A DNA stretch of 63,213 bases, the filler included. It is 4 parts of 4 records of this genome, joined end to end, with 100 filler letters (N's around TTAATTAATTAA, not from the genome) between each part and the next. Parts side by side here need not be neighbours in the genome. Positions count along the whole stretch, not along the records: positions 43,063 to 63,213 come from SRR2962707_4369; 3 more parts are not named here. One strand, written 5' to 3'. A model generated the notes under the pieces. It was not told the origin of the DNA, searched no databases, and saw only the letters and a list, made by a program, of their open reading frames with translations. Position 1 is the stretch's first letter, and every line of letters starts with the position of its first letter. Positions 44,134 through 56,100 of the stretch are shown here, piece by piece. The position numbers and the translations under genes are program-made.

Positions 44134-47100
44134 TGTTGCAATGCTGCGCTCCGATTCTGAATCGTCGTCCTCCTCTTGCCATCGTGCAAATAACTTCGTT
44201 AGCGTCTTTCCAGGCCCACATTCGTCGAACACAGTGCAAGCAACGGCGACGTGACGTTTCGCACATTCCACCATACTGCTGAAGTGGCATGGAGCGGCAA
44301 CGTTGAAGCTCGCCAATGTGGTCACAATGTCCGCCGGGTCAGAACCAGGTGGAAAGTATCGAGCCTCGTTCGCAGTATTCAGGACTAGCCCAATTTTATT
44401 TGGTTGGAAAAGAGCTGACGCGCGTCGAACAGCCTGGCCGTACTCGGCCGCTGCTTCCGCCACTGCCGGTGTATGGAAAGCCGCATGCACGGGCAGGAGC
44501 CGACAGCCAGCGCCTTGATTTTCCAGCACGCGGCGTGCTTCTTTAACCGCAGTCAACGTACCAGCAACGACGAAAGTGAGGCGCGTTAAGTGGTTGGCGA
44601 TTGAAACGCCACGGCAATGATCTCGCAACGTTGCCTCCAGCGTCGCACAATCAACGCCTCTGACAGCAAGCATAGCTCCAGGTTCAACGCGCTGAAGACA
44701 AGCACCACGTTCAATGACCAAGTCTAATCCGTCCTCGACAGACAAAGCACCGCTTGCAACGACCGCTGACATTTCTCCAAGGCTGAGTCCGAACACGACA
44801 CTTGATCCATCTATGGTCGTGGCGCTGCCGTCGCCAGTTCCATCGACGCAAAGCTCACTTTTCTTACACTCGCCGTAGACGTATCGGTCGAAAAACGCTA
44901 GGACACTGTCGACAAAGGTGAATACTTGGATTTCAGTCGTCGTGACAAATTTAATCAAGTCGGGGTCACAGCTTAGTTTTTGGGCGGCAACTTGCATCAG
45001 GCGACGGTTTGAATGGCGAATGTCTTCTTGTACACCCTGCCCAGGGAACATCACAACAACTGTACGTGGTGCGATATCCGCTGGAAGCATTGTTGTAGCA
45101 GGAGCAGTCGTATTGGAGTTGCAGTGGATCTTGCTCGCAATGAACGCTACTAGGCTGTCTATAGAAGTCCGTGAGTAGAGGTCCACGATTTCCAGTGCTT
45201 GGCCGGTAGCTTGTTTAATCATGGCCAACATGCGCACGTCCAGCAGACTCTCCCCACCGAGTTCGTGGAACCCGATTGTCGTCGGTATCGGTCCGTCATC
45301 AGTCTCGTCCCAGTGAAGCAAATGTGTCCAGATCGAGACAATGGCCTGCCGCACACGGAGTTCAAGCTGCGCATCGAGGTGTTGCGTGTCTATCGGCTCG
45401 CATTGCAGCGCCGCGTGCATGTCCGCTGAGGCAGCCTGGACCTTGAACGTGCTGCCCGCCTCCCACCACTCACGGTGGATCGGTTTTCGCAAAATAATAC
45501 TGTTGCGCTTGCCGTTGCTGCTGCTGCTGCTGCCGCTGCTTTTGATGGTGTTCCGTGTAACTGAGGTTGTGCAGGCAAACATGAACTTCTCTACAAATTC
45601 GCGCTCTTCCGGGTGCGTTGGACAGACAACGACCGACTCAAATCCTCGAGCAGCCAGCAGCGCTTCCCACTTTTCGGGTTCCAGCATCGGATTGTGAGGT
45701 CGCAATTCATAATCGGAGAAGTACCACCAGCCGTCAAGGATCCCCCATGCAAGAGTAGCCCACGTTTCATTGCGGCACGATTCTATGATAAACAGCGTCC
45801 CACCCGGACACAGCGTGTGTTGCAGGTTTTCAACGGAAAGCTCGATGCTCTGTGTGGTGTGAATGACATTGTATGATATAATAACGTCTAACTCACCGAG
45901 GATCCCTTGCGAAGCCGCATTTTTCGTTATGTCCATAACCGAAAACGTCATGAACGAGTACGTGGCACTGAACTGATCTCTGGCGTTTTCAACAAATGCC
46001 TTCCCCAAGTCAGTAAAAATGTATTCGATGTTTTTGTCACCCAAATCTGCCAATTTTGGGAGGAGCTCTCGCGTCACCAGCCCCATTCCTGCCCCGCACT
46101 CCAAGATCCGCACTCGCCGGCTAGGATTGCGCTTTACCAATTCGTGCACGTGGCTGCAGATGAACGAGCAGTACATGCCGTAATACACATTGCCCAACAA
46201 GTCTCCCAATTTCGTGAACTCTTCTTCAACGAAAAAAAGGCGTCCTTCGGGGTATAGTACGGTCAGAGGACTCGTTTTCGGCGGGTTTGCAAGAACGTTC
46301 TTGTACTGCTCGGACACAGTCAGTGGAAATCGAAATTGGTCTTCGAATCCGGGGTATCTCGCGGCAAGTTCCGCGCATTGGGATTGTAGCTGTGAACGCG
46401 TGGGGGGGTCGTCCACAACGAACGATATAGTGGGCGATGTCACTGTTGACGATGTCGCGTGAGTGACGCCTGGCCGAGTAGCTTCCCCACCTTCAACTAG
46501 AGAAGCACACATAATATGCAGAAGCTTGCCGTACTTCGATTGAAGCCCAAGACAGCCCAACAGTTCAAGCTCTGTTCCGATAAACTCGCGCACTCCCATG
46601 TCAGTGGCGAAAAATCGGCGGATAATCCCGTTCACAAATTCCAGCTGGCGACTGCCAAAATCAGGCGCAGGGCGCAGGTTCAAACTGTGGACGAGTCCAC
46701 GCACCATCCGGTGTTGTTCCTGAAACGCTGTGGCCAAGTCGTATGGCCCGAGCGGTGTTGCGCTCGCAGTCAGGCGCAATGTTGACACGCCTGGCCAAAA
46801 TCGTTTCGGGTTGAACAGGCATTGCGGAACGGACACACAGTGTTTCAAGGGCAACGAAGTGTTGTCACCGACATGCTGCGTCTTTGCGAGCCACCGACGC
46901 AGAACAGCCAGCCTTTCCTGTGGTACAGAACCGGCAACGCGCACAAACTCTGCAAGATCTTCGTCGCTGTGCACACTCCCGAGTCCGGGCAGGCGAGATG
47001 CCGTTGTTGACAATCGACGCAGCCACGTGTCAAGCATGGTGTCAGATTGCGGAAGAGTGTCCAGCATTCGCTGCAAGCTGCGCAGGTTTTTTGCCAACAC

Positions 47101-50100
47101 AGCAATGACTGCCTCCGTGCGATGCAGCGTGACAACACTTGTAGTGTAGCACACGTCACGAAAAGTGCATACATCATCACATCCGACAGTGCGTAGTCGC
47201 TTGACCAGCGAACGCAAAGCGCCCAATAAACGATGCTGAGACGGCGCGCTGACAATCAGCGGACACAATACCTCAACGTGCATGTTAGTAGTGGCATGTT
47301 TATTTGCGTTTTTACGGCTGGCAGCTAAAACTGCGTGCACAGCAGTGCCATTAAGGCCGAGCGAGGATACGCCTGCGATTCTAGGTTCAAATTGCTGGCT
47401 CCAAATGAGCTTCGACGCAGAAAGCCGAAGACGCGACGACGTTGACTGAAACCATGAATGCGGCGACGTCATGTTAACGAGTGGGGGAATTTCATTGTTC
47501 TGCAGCACGGCCAAAGTCTTGACAACACCCAACAGACCGGAGACGCTGTCCAAGTGTCCGAACCTCGCTTTAGAGCTCCCAATATAAACGGGGGAAGCGC
47601 CAGGAGAAGATTGTCCATATACTTCGTGCAGTGCCTGCAGTTCAATTCTATCCCCTAGCGACGTTCCCGTGCCATGTGCTTCGATATAGCTGACATCCTC
47701 TGGGTTTCGAGCTGCTTGGGCCAGCGCGCGCTGCATCGCGGTGACTTGTGACGATTTTGAGGGTGCAGTGATCGACGCACCACGACCTACACTGCACGAC
47801 GCTATCCCCGCCACCGTACCGTAAACACCAAAGCCATCACTGCGTACATCTTCGCCGCGACGGAGAACCAGTGCAATCACTCCTTCTCCCAGAATTGTAC
47901 CGTCCGAACCGTCCGTAAAAGGGCGGCAATGACCGTCGCGGCTCAGTACACCCATGCCTTCATACTCCCTGTCGTGCATGGGGATGCAGTGAATGTTTGC
48001 TCCAGCTACAACTGCCGAGTTACACTCTCCCCGCCGCAAGGACTCACAAGCAGCTTTCAGTGCAGCCAAACCAGATGCGCAGGTCTGGTTCACAACGAGT
48101 GAAGATCCGCGTAAGTTGAACACAGAAGCAACGTGTGTTTGCACAAACGCCGGGTCTAATCCCGGGACACTAGACGGGGAGTCTTTGGGCAGAACACTCC
48201 CGTAAGAAATGTTGGATTGGGCAATAAACACTCCGCACGTCTCTGCACCCCGGACAGCAAGGGGCATGTCTGCCGTACAGTAATGAAGGAGTCCGCAATC
48301 GTTGAAGGCTTCGGCAACCACTTGCAACACTAGCCGCTGTTCCGGCGCCATGTTGACGACTTTCTCGTGCGAAGCCAACCCGAAAAACGCATTATCAAAA
48401 TCAGCCACATTTTCCAAAAACGCACCATCGAAAAGCGGCGGCGGTTGCCCGTCAGCTCCCTTTTGAACGTCGGCAGCACGTTCTGCCGGGAACGCTGAGA
48501 CAAAGTCATGCATGCAGCTTGAATCGGAAAGTACGGTTCGGAGATCTGCGATGGACGCTATCGATCCGGGTAGACGGAGTCCAACGCCAACAATTGCGAC
48601 ATCAGACTGCGACAACGGGTCCACGCGTGCATTAATGTCAACGTGGGCACGTTGTTGCGTGCCAACTGGTTCACGCAATTGGGATGGACGGTTCAATCGC
48701 TGCGCGAGACGGCGCAGGGTCGATATCTCGAACATGTCCACAATATCAACGTCACTCGCCCCTGGAACTGTCCGAATCAGCTTGTTGTGGAACAGCATCA
48801 ATTGGAGGCTTGAGCCCACACTCAGAAGTGGGGTGTTCTCGACGTCCAAGTTCGTCGTGGATGGCAGCTGAATGCACTCCGACCACAGTTTCACAAGCAA
48901 CTGCAGCTGGTCACCGCTATAGCCGTCTTTGGACGAGTCGTTTGTGTGGGCCGGAATGTGCTCAGTGGAGGCTGTTGGATGGGCTGCAGCCACACGCTGT
49001 ACCTCCGAAAACGGGGGCAGGAGGCGCCTGGATACCTTGCCGTGTGCTGTGAGCGGAATGCGCTTCATTGGGTACACAAAAGTGGGGTACATGTACGACG
49101 GAACCACGTTTCGGAGACGTTTTTGCAAATCAATTGCTGAGAGCGTGGTGTCTTCTGTTTCAATGAACACCACAAGCGAGTCACCCTCCACCGATACCAC
49201 AGCTTTGTGCACCTCACTGCATACCGTCGTGATCTGGTCTTCGACAAATCCTGTGTTCACACGGAAGCCACGCACCTTGCGGATACCGTCAGCGCGGCCA
49301 ATAAATTCAATGTTCCCGGCGTGGTTGACACGAACCAAATCGCCAGTGCGCATGAATCGGCCGACAAATTCCCCATTCGAACGACCAGCGGTATCATCAC
49401 GAATACAAAGCTCTCCCGCTGCGAACTGCCCTACAGTTTGAGCCAAGTTGCGTGGGTCAACCAACTTCAAAACCACATTCTGCATCGCGCGGCCTATCGG
49501 AACAGTTCCGCTGGCTGTGTGAATTGGAAGAAAATTATTGGCCTCGTAAAAAGTGCTGTCGACAGTAGCTTCGCTCATTCCGTACGAATTGAGCACACGA
49601 GTAGACTCCGGAAGTGCGAGGCGGATGGAGTTAAAAGTGTGTGTGTGCAGAACATCCGACCCACAGACCAGAATTCGGAGGCAGGCCAGTTGTTCACTTT
49701 CCCACTTCACCAGCTCTGAGGCAAAGCCAGGTGTGACCTCCATGACACTGACGCTGTAGCGCCGCACCAAACTCGCCACAGCCCGAACATCGATGCGACT
49801 TTTGGCGGGGCAGATCACCAAGTGACCAGCGCAGGCCACCTGCGACCGCAATATATCTCCCATACAAACATCGAACGAAAACGGTGCCCATTGAAGCATG
49901 GTGTCGCGGTTAGTCAAAGCGTACTCGGCTTGCCACGATGACGCCATGCAGTTGGCGTTGGCGTGTGTTATTGAGCACGCCTTGGGTTTACCAGTTGAGC
50001 CACTGGTGAATATTGTGTAGGCAACGCTGTCTTTGGTAATAGAACGACTGTAGAGACCGTCGTTGGCTTGTTGCTGCAGACGCGGAGCTGCCAACTTCAT

Positions 50101-53100
50101 GAGCTCGGCGACAGCAACGATTTGAACAGATGAAGGTGCTGGTATCGGCAGCGGAGCTTCTGAGTCTGTCACGACTACTTTTGTGTTGCACTGCGCAACA
50201 ATCTCTCCAAGCATCTCCAAGGTGCCCGCTACGAGGGGCGTGAAGCTACCGCCCGCCACCCACACGGCGAGTGGAAGGATCACAATATTTGGGGTTCGTG
50301 AGAGCACGAGCACAACTGCGGGATTCTGACGAAAATGTTCCAACGCTTGCAAACCGGTGGCCAGTTGCGTAACTGTAGCCCACAGTTCGTCACGCCGAAT
50401 AAGCGTGTCATTAAATGACACGGCCGGAAGGTGCGGGTTGCCCATACAGTGCGCCCGGATACGCGTGCACAGGTTGCCTGAACAACGAGGTGCACCCATC
50501 CTTATCCTTGTTGGCGCCTTGCTCTTACCGGTACGCGTGGTGGTGGTGGCCATAAGTTCGGTTGCCACGCCGTGCGCCCATGCCCCAGGAATGGCATCAC
50601 GGAATGTGATGTTTGGCTGGGCAGCTGCCCGACCTAGACAATCCTGGGTCAAACCAATGACGGCATCCACGAAAGAGGGCGCAAAAAGAGACTGGTCGTA
50701 CTCGACCACGATCTGGAGCACGCCGCCAGTTTCGATAAAGTCTACGCTAAGAGGCGTTTTGGCAGCAATGACAAACAGGTGTCGCGGGAGACCACTGCGA
50801 GGCCGTGGTCGTACCTCGTAGTTGAACATATTGTCGATGAGAGGGGCAACGTGCCCACTGGCCCGAATCGCAGCAACAATTTGGTCGAATGGTAACTGAC
50901 TTTCCGTATCTTCAAAAACAGTTGAAGCAACTTTGTCGACAAAACTAGCGAACGAAGCGCGCGGTTGGTCCAAGAAGGGCTGAAGGCAAAATCTGCAAGG
51001 CAGCGTCGCAAGAAACATTCCCATTTGGTCACTTCTGTGTGGAAGCGTGTGTCGAGAACTGATTGGCATGGGCACAACAATGTCGGTGGAGCCAGATAAC
51101 CGATGGAGCGTCAAAAGATAACTCCCCAGGAACACAGCAAACAGTTGCCCTGGGCTGAACTGACGCCGAAGTTCGTGGCGTACATGCGCGGGTACAGTTG
51201 CGCAGGTACAGCCAGCGGTGCCTCGCGTGTCAGGGTGGTCAGCAGCTCCAGCCCAATTGCACAAGTTAAGGGGAGACAGCACATCTTCGTAACGGTGCAC
51301 CCAATGCTGACGCGCTTTCGTGGCGTCTTCACTTTCTAAAAACGCCAGTTCAGCGTAGTGAGCCTCAACCATTGAGGAAAAGAAGTCACGCAAAGGAGGA
51401 GGGGTTATCTGCACAGGCCTCTGCTGAACAACAAGTGCCTCTAAATCCGATTGCAAGCATTGCAGCGAAAATGCGTCAACGAGCAGATGATGGAGGCTGA
51501 TGCACAGCAAACCACGGGATCTGCATGAATCAGTGATTCCAACAGCGTACGCCAGACCAGTCTTAACGTTGATAGGGCGAATGCACGCCTTTGCCACGGA
51601 AATTGCCTCTCGCATGTCGGTAAAGGAGCAGTCGTGGAAGATCAATGGAATCGCAATTGACTCTTTTGTTTTGGGTTGCAGCATCAGACCTGCACTCGTC
51701 ATGGCGACGACCATGTTTAAGAAAGGGTGCATTGAACATAAACCCCTGACGACGCGCCTGATGTGCTGTTCGTTGGGCTGTGCCAACACAACTGAAATTG
51801 TTTCGACATACCCAACTCCGTCTGGATTCAACGAGTCCGCCAACACCAATTGATTTTGGCATGCACGCAACGGTGAGTGCATTGCGTGGATACTCTCTTC
51901 CACCATTTGACTGCTGGGTTCCTGCAACGGGATGCGCGACACTGCTGCTGCAACTGCACCAAACTTACGGGCTTGCAGAAAAACGGCTGCTTCAATGCGC
52001 AGCCCCTGCTCTCTCATTTTGGACTGCAATATCTTGGCCAATAGCGAGTGACCGCCGTGATCGAAAAAGTCGGAATCGGGTGCAACGGAGTCAACATGTA
52101 GAAGTTGCTTCCACAGAGATTCAAGAACCGCGGTCGCCACTGGTTCAGCAGCGGAGCCCCTCGCTGAGGCGGGCTTGGCTGACTCGCTGGAGCCATCTCC
52201 GAGGGCACTGAACGTGCAATCACGAATTGCAGTGAGCAAGCCCAGACCGTCATGAACAACTTCAGTGTCAAATAACAACCCCAACGAGAGCACACCGTTT
52301 TCAGCCCAAATAAAGAGCTCAAGCGGAGCAAGACGAGCTTCCGTCACCGGTCGATAAAAGCGTCCATGTTGCAACTCATGTACCATGACAATTGGCCACT
52401 GCACAACATCTGACCGGCGTGTGTCAAGCGCAGATAGATCTGACACGAGCCACATCGGTTTTCGACTGCTGGCTTCTAGATCTACCTCCGCCCAGATGTG
52501 TTTATTGTGTAAGTAGTCCTTCAACAATGCGTCAATGCTCTCCACGTCACTGTTCTTGGACAATTGAACGGGAACGCGCAGTGAGGCATTCACGACTGAT
52601 AGTTGATGTTTAGGGGGGAGTTTTTGACGCAGGCTCATATCAGCCAAGCCGAACAACGGGTCGAACGTGCCGCCGAGCGACAGCCCGGACGTCACCTGTG
52701 CTAACGCCAGCATGCACATTGCTGCCACAGAACGGCCGCTAACACGCGCTGACGTCGAAACACGCACAAATTTTGCGGTGTTGTATGTGCACCCACTCGA
52801 AATTGCAGCTCGAATTGTCTTCGTCAAAGCAGGAAAACAATGATAGGTTGCCATTGCAGACGGTAACCGTGGCACAGGTGAAGGAGCCTGGCCTTTCCAC
52901 AACATTTGCAACTCCTGGGCAAGAATCCACCACGCAGAAACGTCGACTGCAAGATGGTGCACGACAACAAAAACAGTTGTGCGATCACCATGCCAGACTA
53001 TTGTTGCGCCAACAAGCCTTCCAGTTTTGAGATCCAATGACTCTGTGATTTGTTTCAAACTGTCACGCACAATTGAACTGCTGTTAAGTAAATCCCACAC

Positions 53101-56100
53101 ATGTCCTGGCGCAACACCGTCTAGTTCCACAGTACGAACGCTCAACCGTTCAACAGCGTCACCAAATTGCACAGGTCGCATGGTTACCCCGGCTGCATTC
53201 TCATCATGTCGCTGAAATGACAGTCGCAAACCATCGTGGCGCTCTATTGCAACCGACAAGCCCTGTCGCACCGCCGATTCATCCAAGCGACCTGAGCTCC
53301 GAAGCGCGCAAGGGAATACGTACTGATTCGGAAAGAGTGGGTTGAGCGCAAAAAAATCTTGAGCAGCCGGACTTCCATTGTTTAGAGTGCCACTGTCGTC
53401 AGCACCAAGTCCGCTACCCGTGCCAGTCGCTCCGAGCGTTTGCCCAGCGTCCAAGCCATCGGAGTCCACGGAGTTCTGGGCAATCGCTTCTGACAAAATA
53501 CCCAAGATTGGAGTTGCCATGACGTCGGTCACAGACACGGTCAACCCTTGCCCCCTCAAGCTCAACATCAACGATACTATCGCAATTGAGTGGCCCCCAA
53601 GTTCAAAAAAATTGTCATCTTTCGATGGCTGAGTGTTGAGCCCCAATACTTTCATGACTGAGCCGCTCAAAACGTCCCAAACTTTGCGGCGCTGCTTTCC
53701 ACTGGCTCCATCGTTGTTGCTGTGCCCGTGGGAGCAACCTGTTGACGATTCAATCGCCAACGCACGCGCAGCTTCAGGCAAGTCCCCAAGTCTAAGCTTG
53801 CGTGCAACAATGTCCGCACCGTTGCGCGATGCCAATAAATCTTTGGTAGAGTCAGAGGCCACTGCAAGAGCAACAATCCTGTCTGGCATCGCGGCGGCGG
53901 GAAGTGCATCGCCAAGAATAGTCCTAACGTGCTGTGCAGCACCAACAAGCAGGGCATCGTGGGTTGTGCGCGTCATTGTTGTGGAAGCGGCCAGCAGCGC
54001 AAGTCGATCCACTTTGAATGTTTTGGTCGTGGGAATTGAAGGGATGCGCTCGATTGCAGACGGAACCATGAACTTTGGCAATTTTGCTGCTAATGTCTCA
54101 CGCAGTTTCTGCGTCGTTGGGATCACCCCACCAACATCTGACCCCGTGACTACGAATGCGACGAGTGAGTCGGCTCGAACCCCAACTGCAGCCTGCTTTA
54201 CGCCATCGATGCTCTGCAATGCAGCCTCAATCTGACCCACCTCAATACGGCGTCCATGCACCTTGACCTGCGAGTCGTTGCGTCCCAGGAAGTGAAGATC
54301 ACAGGAAATTGCCGACACCACAACCACATCGCCGGTTCTGTACTCATGTCCGACGAAACGCTGCCGCGTGAGTTCAGCGCGATTCCGGTACCCGCGACTA
54401 ACCGCCGCACCACCGACCCAGAGCTCTCCTGCGACACCTAACGGCAATGGTTGTCCGTGTTGATCTCGTACAACGCCGGTAACGCGTGGAAGAAAGGATC
54501 CTATGGCAATGTTGTCTTGACTTTTCGTGTTTTGCACGTGATGGAACGTGGTGAACAAAGTGCACTCGCTCGGACCGTACCCGTTCCAAAGCCGCACGCT
54601 GCGTTCGAGTAGCGCGCTCGCAGTGACCGCGTCTAACGGCTCGCCAGCTGCAATTACTGCATCGATCTTGTGGGTCCCAACGACCCAGTGGGACGATAGA
54701 AGCATTTTAAACATGGTTGGCGTCGCCTGTAAAAAATGTGGTGAGTATTCTGTAATGCGACTCCACAGCAAATCAGGGTCCACTTGTTCGGCTTCTGAGC
54801 AAATGTGCACATGCATGCCAAACTGCAATGGGCACAGAAGCTCGACAGCTGAAATGTCAAAGCAAGCTGCGGACACAGCAAGGCCGCGCTTGCCAGGCGA
54901 CAACTGTGCCATTTCACCGATCGTGCTGAACACATTTTGTACACTGCAATGGTAGACCTCGGCGGCCTTTGGTTGCCCAGTGCTCCCACTTGAATACACC
55001 AAAAAGCAAATGTCTTGAGGGCTGCACTCGTACACGTAGCCTTCTGACAATACTTGATCGTCGCGTGCGTGTCCAATGTTCAGCAACGTCGCCACGCTGA
55101 TGTTGAGGGCACGACTTCTGTGTGCATCGTCAAACAAAACAGCCTCAGCCTCACAATCCTTGGCCATCCATTCAATCATTTCAGTAGGGTACGCGTCATC
55201 CAAATGCACAAAAGCTGCGCCAACTTGTAAACATGCCAGCATAGCCACTAGCAGCTTGCAACTCCGCCGGAGGAGTAAAGCAACGGTTTGTCCATGGCGC
55301 ACTCCGTTCTTACACAGCAACGCAGCCACAGCAGCTGACGATTGCATGAGCGCCATGTTAGTTAGACTGGAGCCGAAAGAATCGGACACGCCAATTTCGT
55401 TCGGAATTTCTTGCAACGATCGCAAAATGCGCGAAAACACCGAAGCCAGCGCTTCAGAATCTGGAATCTCCGTTTTCATAGTTTTCGCCCCACATGGCCG
55501 CTCTGTGAGGGCCCCCGTCAATCCAACGTCAGATACACAAGTCAGCTTTGTGCAGTTTAAAACATGCGACAGAACGTTCGAAAACGAAGTGGCCATCGTT
55601 GGTGCAGTTTGAAAGTTGGACAGAGCGCATCGCAACACATATTGTCCGTGAATCAGCTGCAGCTCTGCCTCTGGCGCTGAAAAGGTTGAAACCTTGGCAA
55701 GCGCCGAGTATTGACACTGCACAACTAGCGACAAGATGGTGTCGGCTGGATTCAGCGAAACCCTGTGTTCCGCTGTGCCAGAATCCGTCTTCAAAATGAA
55801 CTGATCCGAGTGCAATAAACGCGACGTCCACAGCTGGAACGCAACGACGAGCTCTGCTGAGGTGCACGTCAATTGTTCAACAATCAACTCGGTGAGCATA
55901 GAATCCGCAGTTTTTGCAGCCAATGTTGCCTGCGCTTTGTCCGCGTAGTTTGCAGCCACTTGAACCTCCACGTCGTCAACTCCAACGATTAGCGTTCGGA
56001 TCCCACCCACCGTAGTTGCACGGCCTACTTCCACTCCGGGAATCCTCAGTGCAGCTTCGACGAAAAGAGGCTGTTGTTCCAAGTGTGGGAATATCTCGAT

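Noticed and set aside
53750-53960. Possible extra carrier domain between A2 and the first PCP
   Set aside because: Helical-looking segment without a GxxS motif; at most a relic and not supportable by eye.
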